A stretch of 47,800 bases of DNA from positions 1-47,800 of IMG/VR virus record IMGVR_UViG_2563366820_000002. The stretch is one strand, 5' to 3'. The notes under the pieces were generated by a model that ran no database searches, was not told the origin of the DNA, and saw nothing but the letters and a program-made list of their open reading frames with translations. Below are positions 8,259-15,785 of this stretch, one piece after another. This DNA is from a virus (lineage: Duplodnaviria > Heunggongvirae > Uroviricota > Caudoviricetes). The translations under genes were made by a program, and so were the position numbers. Positions within the stretch are counted from its first letter, which is position 1; the number at the start of each line of letters is the position of its first letter.

Positions 8259-9227
8259 TTAGTAGGTTATTTTTGTTGCGAATACTTCGCCTTTTACGAT
8301 GGCTGTTATGATATTTTTAGCAACATCTTCTGATGCGCCAACCTTGATAAGGTCAGCAAGTATTTTGTTATTTACTTCTTTCCGGTGAGCTTTATCCTTT
8401 GCTCTACGCTCTTCTTCGTCCTTGATTCTTTTTTCTTCTGCTATTCTGGCTTGCTCTTTTGCTTCAGCCTCGCGCCGGATTCGTTCAGCCTCCTCCTGTG
8501 CTTTTCGGCGTTCTGCTTCAATTGCCGCATGCTTTTCTCTTTCAGCTCGTTCTGCTGCCTCTTTTGCTTCGCGCTGTGCTCGTTGCTCGGCTTCAATGCG
8601 TTCACGCTCTGCACGTTCCGCTGCGGCCTTAGCTTCTGCTTCTCGCCTTGCTGCTGCTTCAATTTCGGCTTTTGCCTTTGCTTCGGCTTCTGCTCTGGCT
8701 TTCTCTTCAGCTTCTCTTTTTAAGCGTTCTTCATGCTCTCGCTTTTCCTGCTCCGCTTTGAGTCTTGCCTCTTCTCTTTGGCGGTCAAATTCGCGATCCA
8801 TCAAAATCGCTATTTCATGGTCAGACTCAATTTGCTTTGCGAGAGCTTCAGCTGCTGCCTTAGCTTCTTCTTCGGCTTTAATCCGCGCCTGTTCTTCCTC
8901 ATAATCAGTAAGAGGCTGGCGCGCCTTGGCTTTCAGTTCATCAAGGCGATCACGCACTGTCTTGCGGTTGGCATCAATTAGCTTTGGAATTTCCTTCAGT
9001 TCAGCAACAAGGTCTTTGCCAAGACCATCGAGATATGTTTTCGTCTGCGCAACTTTATACGCCAGAGAAGCGATCTCCTTTCTGCCCTTTGCCGTTGTGA
9101 TATCAGGCACAAAGGACATAACTTCACGTTCAACCTTTTGAAGGATTTCTTCAATCTGGTCGGCAGACTGAAATACAGTCATTGCATTTGCTTTTTCAAT
9201 AACAACTAAATCTGTTACTTCACTCAT
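8259..9227 (-). CDS. Hypothetical protein with long Glu/Ala/Lys/Arg-rich predicted coiled-coil, 322 aa
   Basis: ATG at 9227 with AAGGAGG RBS; globular N- and C-terminal parts flank ~130 residues of EAKAKAE/RREAE repeats. Confidence 0.75.
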   Translation of the reverse strand: MSEVTDLVVIEKANAMTVFQSADQIEEILQKVEREVMSFVPDITTAKGRKEIASLAYKVAQTKTYLDGLGKDLVAELKEIPKLIDANRKTVRDRLDELKAKARQPLTDYEEEQARIKAEEEAKAAAEALAKQIESDHEIAILMDREFDRQREEARLKAEQEKREHEERLKREAEEKARAEAEAKAKAEIEAAARREAEAKAAAERAERERIEAEQRAQREAKEAAERAEREKHAAIEAERRKAQEEAERIRREAEAKEQARIAEEKRIKDEEERRAKDKAHRKEVNNKILADLIKVGASEDVAKNIITAIVKGEVFATKITY

Positions 9228-9261
9228 ATATCCTCCTTCGTTGTATTCTTTAAAAACGCTC

Positions 9262-9630
9262 TCAGGCGGCTTTGATAGTCATATCATCTGAATCAAATAT
9301 TCCTGATGTGTCGATATCGGTAATTCTTATTCCTTCGCTACCATCCATTGGAGGCCATCCTTCCTGACCATTTCCATCATCCCAGTCGAACTCACAAACA
9401 ACACCATATGCATTTAAGTCTTTCGAAATTGCTATAAGCAGAGCATGTTGCGCCAGCATGATTAATACAGCATTTAATACAGCGCCGTGTTTATTGAGTC
9501 GGTATTCAGAGTCTGACCAGAAATTATTAATCTGGTGAAGTTTTTCCTCTGTCATTACGTCATGGTCGATTTCAATTTCTATTGATGCTTTCCAGTCGTA
9601 ATCAATGATGTATTTTTTGATGTTTGACAT
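9262..9630 (-). CDS. Hypothetical protein, 122 aa (same length and position as lambda Ea10, unverified)
   Basis: ATG at 9630 with GAGGA RBS. Confidence 0.6.
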   Translation of the reverse strand: MSNIKKYIIDYDWKASIEIEIDHDVMTEEKLHQINNFWSDSEYRLNKHGAVLNAVLIMLAQHALLIAISKDLNAYGVVCEFDWDDGNGQEGWPPMDGSEGIRITDIDTSGIFDSDDMTIKAA

Positions 9631-9646
9631 CTATTCATATCCTCAT

Positions 9647-9675
9647 AGATAAAAATCGCCCTCACATTAGAGGGC
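9647..9675 (-). terminator. Intrinsic terminator (leftward)
   Basis: Hairpin GCCCTC-N6-GAGGGC followed on the minus strand by GATTTTTAT. Confidence 0.6.
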
Positions 9676-9792
9676 AAAGAAGATTTCCAATAATCAGAAC
9701 AAGTCGGCTCCTGTTTAGTTACGAGCGACATTGCTCCGTGTATTCACTAGTTGGAATGAATACACAGTGCAGTGTTTATTCTGTTGTTTATG

Positions 9793-9820
9793 CCAAAAAT
9801 AAAGGCCGACTATGCGGCCT
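9793..9820 (-). terminator. Intrinsic terminator after the 149-aa membrane protein gene
   Basis: Hairpin AGGCCG-N5-CGGCCT followed on the minus strand by TTTATTTTT; gene stop at 9825. Confidence 0.65.
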
Positions 9821-9824
9821 GAAA

Positions 9825-10274
9825 TCACTTAACCAATGATGCTGCATATTCGATAAGGTAAAGCTTTGGGGCCAGCCAAATTTTTAACCAAGTCATATTG
9901 GTTACTACACCAATAATAAAAATCCCCCACAGAGTCAAAACTCCAACCAATGGCATGATAAGAAGGTTAATATCTCCTTTGCTATCCCAAACCATTGTCG
10001 GCCTGTATTTGGGATTTCCCCTCTCCCATGAGTATCCTTCATCACCGATTTTACCTGTCTCAACTCTTTGGCACTGCTTCTTCATAAACCAGAAAACCAG
10101 TGGGATTGTTAGAATGGCTATTAATGTTTTAATCAGACTGTCAACCATATTCCATAGCAGCAACTGATGAACAACATCAGGAATCTGCGCTTGGCTGAAT
10201 GAAACAGCCGCGTCTATTCCATTGCTGGCTTTTTGCAGTAGTTCTACGAGAATCTTGTTTGCTTGTTCTTCCAT
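9825..10274 (-). CDS. Membrane protein, 149 aa (possible superinfection-exclusion type)
   Basis: ATG at 10274 with AGGGGA RBS; hydrophobic helices (LIAILTIPLVFWF, LLIMPLVGVLTLWGIFIIGVV); own terminator downstream. Confidence 0.7.
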   Translation of the reverse strand: MEEQANKILVELLQKASNGIDAAVSFSQAQIPDVVHQLLLWNMVDSLIKTLIAILTIPLVFWFMKKQCQRVETGKIGDEGYSWERGNPKYRPTMVWDSKGDINLLIMPLVGVLTLWGIFIIGVVTNMTWLKIWLAPKLYLIEYAASLVK

Positions 10275-10333
10275 ATATCCCCTTGATTGTAATAAGCATG
10301 AAATTATTTACGGCCAAAAAATAAAGGCCACCA

Positions 10334-10534
10334 TCAGGCAGCCTTGTTATTCTGTTTACCAAGTTCTCTGGCAATCATTGCCGTTGTTCGTATTGCCCAT
10401 TTATCGACATATTTCCCATCCTCCATTACAGGAAACATTTCTTCAGGCTTAACCATGCATTCCGATTGCAGCTTGCATCCATTGCATCGCTTGAATTGTC
10501 CACACCATTGATTTTTATCAATAGTCGTAGTCAT
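10334..10534 (-). CDS. Ral-like restriction-alleviation protein, 66 aa
   Basis: Cys-rich CGQFKRCNGCKLQSEC; same length as lambda ral and adjacent to N; assignment from memory and position. Confidence 0.5.
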   Translation of the reverse strand: MTTTIDKNQWCGQFKRCNGCKLQSECMVKPEEMFPVMEDGKYVDKWAIRTTAMIARELGKQNNKAA

Positions 10535-10604
10535 ACGGATAGTCCTGGTATTGTTCCATCACATCCTGCGGATGCTCTTCGAACTCTTCAAATTCTTCTT
10601 CCAT
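10518..10604 (-). CDS. Highly acidic 28-aa peptide ORF (MEEEFEEFEEHPQDVMEQYQDYPYDYDY)
   Basis: ATG at 10604 with GAGGTG RBS 8 nt after the N stop; overlaps the Ral-like start. Confidence 0.4.
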   Translation of the reverse strand: MEEEFEEFEEHPQDVMEQYQDYPYDYDY

Positions 10605-10612
10605 ATCTCACC

Positions 10613-10912
10613 TCAAATAAGTGGTTTGCTGCCTAATTTCATTTTCTGGCGACCAACACAAGTCACACCCATTTCACTGCGTGGCTTGCGGTAGTAAATA
10701 CGGTTCTGTTTACGCTCGACTTCTTCTGCCTTCTTGCAGCGAAGGCCTCCGAGTGATGCTGCTTTATCTGCTCTTACGCAACCAGAGAGCTTTAGCGCAA
10801 TTTTTCGCGCCAGTCTCTGCTCTTGCATTGCCTGTTCACGTTGAGCCTGCCTGCGTGCTCTGCGGCGATTTCTGGTGTTATCGTCAGCCAGATATGTAAT
10901 GACTACTGTCAT
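10613..10912 (-). CDS. N: Antitermination protein N (phage 21-like)
   Basis: Arginine-rich motif NTRNRRRARRQAQREQ near the N-terminus and C-terminus ...GVTCVGRQKMKLGSKPLI resembling lambda N ...GITCSGRQKIKGKSIPLI; GGAGG RBS. Confidence 0.8.
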   Translation of the reverse strand: MTVVITYLADDNTRNRRRARRQAQREQAMQEQRLARKIALKLSGCVRADKAASLGGLRCKKAEEVERKQNRIYYRKPRSEMGVTCVGRQKMKLGSKPLI

Positions 10913-11019
10913 GTTGACCTCCGATGATTGACTTTGGCGGTGACGCGCCGGGTGCTTATCTTCCGGTTGCCGTCGGGCAGCTGCACTTCACGTCACCCCA
11001 AAGCCAACTACTCTTTGGT

Positions 11020-11060
11020 TCCCGCATTTCGGCGGGACAATCCCATCAATGTTAAAGAGC
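11020..11060 (-). promoter_or_regulatory. nutL (boxA GCTCTTTAAC, boxB hairpin)
   Basis: Minus-strand boxA 11051-11060 followed by boxB UCCCGC-CGAAAU-GCGGGA at 11020-11037; boxB is identical to the one at nutR. Confidence 0.75.
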
Positions 11061-11104
11061 CTGCCAATCTGTTCCGTTTGGCTACCAGCGTCCTGCTGAT
11101 GGCT

Positions 11105-11195
11105 AAAGAATACTGTAGGTATTTTATTGTGTAAATACCCAAGGTATTTATTTTTGATGAAATAATGATAAACAAATGAATACAAAGGATATTTA
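11105..11195 (-). promoter_or_regulatory. pL promoter with OL operators
   Basis: Minus-strand -35 TTTACA (11130-11135), 17-bp spacer, -10 TATTCT (11107-11112); 15-bp AATAC-N5-GTATT sites at 11109-11123 and 11134-11148, weaker at 11179-11193. Confidence 0.65.
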
Positions 11196-11279
11196 TTTTT
11201 TCGGTGTCTGCTTGTTCAGTGCTTTTTATGCGGGATATGTGAAGTGGATCCCGATAGCTATTGCTGCCGGGATTATGGG

Positions 11280-11648
11280 TTAGTCAGCGAAGGTTAAGAC
11301 GAGAATTACCTTAATGATGTCTGCTACAACAGACACGGCCATAGATAAACCAAAGACGATCCAAGCCATAGAGATGTCTTCACTACCATCGTATAGAGTT
11401 CCGTAATCACTGGTGTAAGGCGTAAATGTCGCGCCTTGATACAATAGGTATAAGCTTGATCCATAGAGGATAAATGCAGATATCCCTTGTATTGCTATGA
11501 TCACCAGAATCATGAAACGAGCTGATCTATGCGCCCAAGCCTGGCTTATTTTTTCTGATAGAGATTTCGCAATAAAAGCATGCGCTAAGCCGTAAATTGT
11601 CGATATTGCCAACATCCCCAAAAAGCTTGCTATAGCGGTTCCAACCAT
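11280..11648 (-). CDS. Membrane protein, 122 aa, downstream of cI in the lambda rexAB slot
   Basis: ATG at 11648 with AAGGGG RBS 17 nt after the cI stop (track start 11669 is TTG); three predicted transmembrane helices. Confidence 0.7.
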   Translation of the reverse strand: MVGTAIASFLGMLAISTIYGLAHAFIAKSLSEKISQAWAHRSARFMILVIIAIQGISAFILYGSSLYLLYQGATFTPYTSDYGTLYDGSEDISMAWIVFGLSMAVSVVADIIKVILVLTFAD

Positions 11649-11665
11649 ATTCGCCCCTTGCGTGA

Positions 11666-12382
11666 TCAAACCAGCCTTAGTTTTGTCTCAATTGCAACGC
11701 CTATAATCTTGCAGTTTCCATTGATTGGCACGAGAGGCCATGCAGGATTAAGTCCCTTGAGGTATTTATTCCCGCCGTCGATTATCAGCTTCTTGAATGT
11801 TGCTTCGTTAGAGTCAGAAAGTTTTGCTATGACCAAGCTGCCGTTGATCGCCTCCCTTCCGGTATCGAAAAGAACGAATGTTCCCTCTGGAATGCTTAAC
11901 CCAACCGGTGCCGTCATTGAATCACCTTCCACTTTAAGCCAGAACGCATTACCTTGAATATGCGCGTCAGACTCAAGCCAAACATCTATGTCTTTAATGG
12001 TGTATGGTTCGCATGCTTCACACCACGAGCCAGCCTGGATACTGCTTAACACCGGATACCTCTTTCCTGCTCTGTATTCCCCTGCATACCTTACGTTGGC
12101 ATCGCTCTTAAGGCTTTCTGCCTGTTCTGCAACCTTGGCAGCAATTGACTGGCTAAAATCAGCAATTGAGACTTGCAACAATCGTGCAAAACCAGATGCA
12201 ACCTCAACGTTTAGCGCGTTTCTGCCATTAAGATAATGCCCTACCGCTCCTTGGGTGATACCCAGTTCATCAGCAATTGAATATTGGGTTATTCCCAATT
12301 CTTTCTTTTTTGACTCATACAAAGCCTTAAGCCGCTTAGCGTCTTCGAGCTGTTCTGTCGTCAGTGATTTTTTATTTTCCAT
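11666..12382 (-). CDS. cI: CI repressor (HTH plus S24 LexA-like autopeptidase domain)
   Basis: 238 aa; N-terminus LTTEQLEDAKRLKALYESKKKELGITQ parallels lambda CI; C-terminal domain has GDSM and FKKL catalytic motifs; divergent from cro. Confidence 0.9.
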   Translation of the reverse strand: MENKKSLTTEQLEDAKRLKALYESKKKELGITQYSIADELGITQGAVGHYLNGRNALNVEVASGFARLLQVSIADFSQSIAAKVAEQAESLKSDANVRYAGEYRAGKRYPVLSSIQAGSWCEACEPYTIKDIDVWLESDAHIQGNAFWLKVEGDSMTAPVGLSIPEGTFVLFDTGREAINGSLVIAKLSDSNEATFKKLIIDGGNKYLKGLNPAWPLVPINGNCKIIGVAIETKLRLV

Positions 12383-12388
12383 AGCTTA

Positions 12389-12459
12389 ATTCTAATAGCT
12401 AAGGTACTTAAACTAAAAATACCCTGAGTATTGATTGCTTTGAATACCTGTAGTATTCT
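12389..12459. promoter_or_regulatory. OR operators with divergent pRM and pR
   Basis: AATAC-N5-GTATT sites at 12394-12408, 12418-12432 and 12443-12457 (centres 24-25 bp apart); pR -35 TTGATT 12431-12436 and -10 TATTCT 12454-12459; pRM -10 TAGAAT on the minus strand at 12389-12394. Confidence 0.7.
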
Positions 12460-12488
12460 TTGTTCATGGTTAATAACGGAGAGTGCAT

Positions 12489-12683
12489 ATGATTCGAATG
12501 ACACTTGCCGATTACGCCAAAATCCATGGACAGGCTAAAGCAGCCAGTGACTTTGGTGTAATCCAGTGCGCTATCAGCAAGGCCATTCTGGCAGGCCGTA
12601 ACATCATGGTTACGGTAAAGCCTGATGGCAGTGTGATTGGAGAGGAAGTTCGTCCTTTCCCAAGCAACAAGAAAAACAAATAG
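12489..12683 (+). CDS. cro: Cro repressor
   Basis: [64 protein letters not shown] parallels lambda Cro; ATG at 12489 with GGAGAG RBS (track start 12483 is GTG). Confidence 0.9.
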   Translation: MIRMTLADYAKIHGQAKAASDFGVIQCAISKAILAGRNIMVTVKPDGSVIGEEVRPFPSNKKNK

Positions 12684-12689
12684 TAACAC

Positions 12690-12733
12690 CGCTCTTTAAC
12701 AGTCATGGTCCTCATTCCCGCCGAAATGCGGGA
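12690..12733 (+). promoter_or_regulatory. nutR (boxA CGCTCTTTAA, boxB hairpin)
   Basis: boxA 12690-12699; boxB TCCCGC-CGAAAT-GCGGGA 12716-12733. Confidence 0.8.
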
Positions 12734-12791
12734 ATACAACGCGCATAAGTTGATGCGCATAACTTCTTATTTGTTAAGGAAATACTTACAT

Positions 12792-13085
12792 ATGGAACTT
12801 ACAAGTACTCGCAAGAAAGCGAATGCAATTACAAGCAACATCCTGAATAGAATTGCTGTACGTGGTCAGCGAAAGGTTGCCGACGCGTTAGGGATTAATG
12901 AATCGCAAATTTCGCGATGGAAAGACAGCTTCATCCCAAAAATGGGAATGCTTCTGGCTGTTCTTGAATGGGGCGTCGTTGACGACGATATGGCTCGATT
13001 GGCACGACAAGTTGCTTCGATTCTCACCAATAAAAAACGCCCGGCGGCAACCGAGCGTTCTGATCAAATCCAGATGGAGTTCTGA
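12792..13085 (+). CDS. cII: CII transcriptional activator
   Basis: 97 aa from ATG 12792; ...ESQISRWKDSFIPKMGMLLAVLEWGVVDDDMARLARQVASILTNKKRPAATERSDQIQMEF nearly identical to lambda CII over the C-terminal two thirds. Confidence 0.9.
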   Translation: MELTSTRKKANAITSNILNRIAVRGQRKVADALGINESQISRWKDSFIPKMGMLLAVLEWGVVDDDMARLARQVASILTNKKRPAATERSDQIQMEF

Positions 13086-13117
13086 GGTCATTACTGGATC
13101 AATCCACAGGAGTCATT

Positions 13118-13963
13118 ATGACAAATACAGCAAAAATACTCAACTTCGGCAGAGGTAACTTTGCCGAACAGGAGCTAAGAGTGGCTGATATCGATGATGG
13201 TTACACCAGATTCGCTAACGAGCTGCTGGAAGCTATCGCAAGTGCCGATTTAACCGCTCGCCAGTTGAAAGTTATGCTGGCCTACGTCCGGAAAACATAT
13301 GGCTTCAATAAGAAAACAGATCGAATAGCCGATGAGCAAATTGCTCAGTTAACAGGACTGTCAAGGCAGAATGTTAACAAGGCTAAAAAAGAACTGATTT
13401 CAATGAATTGCCTGTTTATGGATGGAAATAAAATCGGTGTAAACAGGGAGGTATCTGCGTGGCAATTCAGCAAGTGTCTCCAAGTTAGCAACTTTGTCTC
13501 GAAGTTAGAGACAAAAAATGTCTCCAAATTAGAGACACTCAATGTCTCGAAGTTAGAGACACACAAAAGACATTCTTTAAAGACAAAAGAAAATATTAAT
13601 AAACCCCCTATATCCCCCAAAAAAGTTTCTCAGAAGTTCGACCCGCTAGAAACAGAGTTGCCTGATTGGTTATCAGCAGAAACATGGTTGTCGTGGGTTA
13701 CCTATCGCAAGGAGATAGGTAAGTCGATCAAGTCTAAGCAAAGTGTCACTCAGGCTATCAACGTTCTAAGCAGAAGTCTGGAGAAGGGATATACACCTGA
13801 AGAAATTATAAACCAGAGCATCGCCAGTGGTTGGCAGGGGATTTTTGAGCCCAAGACTCCAAAGGGGAAATCTCAACCGAGGCCGCAGCATCGAGCTATG
13901 CAGGAAAACTTTGCCACCAAAGATTACGGACAAACTGAAATGCCTTCATGGGCGCAGGAGTGA
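13118..13963 (+). CDS. O: Replication initiator O
   Basis: N-terminus MTNTAKILNFGRGNFAEQELRVADIDDGYTRFANELLEA... parallels lambda O; origin iterons lie inside the gene. Confidence 0.9.
   Translation: MTNTAKILNFGRGNFAEQELRVADIDDGYTRFANELLEAIASADLTARQLKVMLAYVRKTYGFNKKTDRIADEQIAQLTGLSRQNVNKAKKELISMNCLFMDGNKIGVNREVSAWQFSKCLQVSNFVSKLETKNVSKLETLNVSKLETHKRHSLKTKENINKPPISPKKVSQKFDPLETELPDWLSAETWLSWVTYRKEIGKSIKSKQSVTQAINVLSRSLEKGYTPEEIINQSIASGWQGIFEPKTPKGKSQPRPQHRAMQENFATKDYGQTEMPSWAQE
13471..13561. repeat. Replication origin iterons (four ~19-bp repeats, 24-bp period) followed by an AT-rich segment
   Basis: TGTCTCGAAGTTAGAGACA at 13495-13513 and 13543-13561, TGTCTCCAAATTAGAGACA at 13519-13537, degenerate copy near 13474-13492; AT-rich stretch to about 13610. 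Confidence 0.85.
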
Positions 13964-13965
13964 AC

Positions 13966-14811
13966 ATGACGCTGGATGAAAAGATCTCCCAACTGGAGAA
14001 AAAACTTGCAGAATTGAGTTCTCCGCCAATTGCTATCGAGCATACAGCTGTAGAAATTGGCACTGGCATCTGTGAAAAACATGGTGAGTTTGAGCAGCGT
14101 AACCGTTACTCGACTGGGCCAATTAAGTTTGCCTCAAGACCTAGCGAATGCCCGGAATGCATGAGAGATGAGCTTATTCGGCTACAGGCAGAGAAGATTA
14201 AAATCGACGAGGAATCACGTAAGCGCAATGTCGAGTTTCTGTTGAATAATCTTGATATTCCTGAACGATTCAAGGGTTGCACACTACAGAACTACGAGCC
14301 AGTTAACGACGATGCAAAGAGAGTGCTCAGGGTGTGTCAGGCATACGCCAGCAAATGGCCTGAGAGGTTACAGAAAGGCGGTGGGCTGGTTATGTGTGGA
14401 AAGCCTGGTACTGGAAAGAATCATCTTGCACTGGCTATCGCCCGGCACGCAATTACGGAACATCAAAGCTCAGCTATTTTCACAACGGCGCTGAAAATTG
14501 CCAGAGAATATAAATCAACATGGTCGAAAAACTCCACCCGCACAGAGGATGAAGTGATCAGACAGTTCACTAAACCTGACCTGCTAATTATCGATGAGGT
14601 TGGTGTGCAGTTTGGAAGCGAGGCGGAAAAGATGATCATGTTCGAAATCATCAACACCCGCTACGAGCGCATGAAGCCAACAATCCTGATTAGCAACCAG
14701 AGCAAAGATGAACTGTCTGCATTCATTGGTGAGCGTGTTATTGACAGGATGAATGATGGCGGCGGATGCACCCTTGCGTTTACATGGGATAGTTACAGGA
14801 GCAGATCGTGA
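13966..14811 (+). CDS. DnaC-like helicase loader (IstB-type AAA+ ATPase)
   Basis: Walker A GKPGTGKNHLA, Walker B LLIIDEVG; ATG at 13966 with AGGAG RBS just after the O stop. Confidence 0.85.
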   Translation: MTLDEKISQLEKKLAELSSPPIAIEHTAVEIGTGICEKHGEFEQRNRYSTGPIKFASRPSECPECMRDELIRLQAEKIKIDEESRKRNVEFLLNNLDIPERFKGCTLQNYEPVNDDAKRVLRVCQAYASKWPERLQKGGGLVMCGKPGTGKNHLALAIARHAITEHQSSAIFTTALKIAREYKSTWSKNSTRTEDEVIRQFTKPDLLIIDEVGVQFGSEAEKMIMFEIINTRYERMKPTILISNQSKDELSAFIGERVIDRMNDGGGCTLAFTWDSYRSRS

Positions 14812-15098
14812 CTGGAAAAGAAATCATCCTGGAATATCTGAAAACTCATGAACAATTCTCCCCACATGAATTAGCACTGATTACCGGAATACCAAATAAC
14901 AGAATCGCTCAAGCAGCAAGGCATATGGTGAAACAAGGGTATTTGAGTGTTGTTGAGCGTAAGTGGAAGACGGTTATTTATGCAAAACGCAAAGTGAAGA
15001 AGGAGCCAATTAAAAGAAATCCAGATGGTACGGGGTGGGGATGTGCAAATCCAATGACGGCGTTTATTAATAGGGTGCTTATGGAGGTAAGGCAATGA
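14808..15098 (+). CDS. Hypothetical protein, 96 aa, possible winged-helix
   Basis: GTG start overlapping the upstream stop; no family recognised. Confidence 0.55.
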   Translation: MTGKEIILEYLKTHEQFSPHELALITGIPNNRIAQAARHMVKQGYLSVVERKWKTVIYAKRKVKKEPIKRNPDGTGWGCANPMTAFINRVLMEVRQ

Positions 15099-15175
15099 CC
15101 ATCTACATCACTGAGCTAATAACAGGCCTGCTGGTAATCGCAGGCCTTTTTATTTGGGGGAGAGGGAAGTCATGA
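15095..15175 (+). CDS. 26-aa hydrophobic peptide ORF ([26 protein letters not shown])
   Basis: ATGA overlaps at both ends (upstream stop and ninB start); GGAGG RBS 7 nt upstream; encloses the tR2-like hairpin. Confidence 0.4.
   Translation: MTIYITELITGLLVIAGLFIWGRGKS
15124..15155 (+). terminator. tR2-like intrinsic terminator between the replication and nin regions
   Basis: 8-bp stem AGGCCTGC/GCAGGCCT, loop TGGTAATC, followed by TTTTTATTT. Confidence 0.8.
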
Positions 15176-15612
15176 AAAAACTAACCTTTGAAATTCGATC
15201 TCCAGCACATCAGCAAAACGCTATTCACGCAGTACAGCAAATTCTTCCAGACCCAACCAAACCAATCGTAGTAACCATTCAGGAACGCAACCGCAGCTTA
15301 GACCAAAACCGAAAGCTTTGGGCTTGCCTTGGTGACGTCTCTCGTCAGGTTGAATGGCATGGTCGCTGGCTGGATGCAGAAAGCTGGAAGTGTGTGTTTA
15401 CCGCAGCATTAAAGCAGCAGGACGTTGTTCCTAACCTTGCCGGGAATGGCTTTGTGGTAATAGGCCAGTCAACCAGCAGGATGCGTGTAAGCGAATTTGC
15501 GGAGCTATTAGAGCTTATACAGGCATTCGGTACAGAGCGTGGAGTTAAGTGGTCAGACGAAGCGAGACTGGCTATGGAATGGAAAGCGAGATGGGGAGAC
15601 AGGGCTGCATGA
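15172..15612 (+). CDS. ninB: NinB recombination protein
   Basis: [55 protein letters not shown]... matches lambda NinB as I recall it; ATG at 15172. Confidence 0.9.
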   Translation: MKKLTFEIRSPAHQQNAIHAVQQILPDPTKPIVVTIQERNRSLDQNRKLWACLGDVSRQVEWHGRWLDAESWKCVFTAALKQQDVVPNLAGNGFVVIGQSTSRMRVSEFAELLELIQAFGTERGVKWSDEARLAMEWKARWGDRAA

Positions 15613-15785
15613 GGCGACAGCGACGAAGTATCACCGACATAATCTGTGAAAACTGCAAATACCTTCCAACGAAACGCTCCAGAAATAAACGCAAGCCAAT
15701 CCCAAAAGAATCTGACGTAAAAACCTTCAACTACACGGCTCACCTGTGGGATATCCGGTGGCTAAGACATCGTGCGAGGAAATGA
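15609..15785 (+). CDS. Nin-region small basic protein, 58 aa (NinD/NinE-like)
   Basis: ATGA overlap with the ninB stop; [23 protein letters not shown]... Confidence 0.6.
   Translation: MRRQRRSITDIICENCKYLPTKRSRNKRKPIPKESDVKTFNYTAHLWDIRWLRHRARK

Noticed and set aside
8385-8981. Several long plus-strand ORFs (112-160 aa) rich in Ser/Ala/Cys/Phe
   Set aside because: They lie antisense to the repetitive coiled-coil gene 8259-9227 and are artefacts of its low-complexity repeats; no RBS and no protein-like composition
13471-13561. Regularly spaced direct repeats that could be mistaken for a CRISPR array
   Set aside because: Only four copies, 24-bp period with no unique spacers of CRISPR length, lying inside the O gene next to an AT-rich segment; these are origin iterons
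12888-13620. Minus-strand ORFs of 67 and 91 aa
   Set aside because: Antisense to cII and to the iteron region of O
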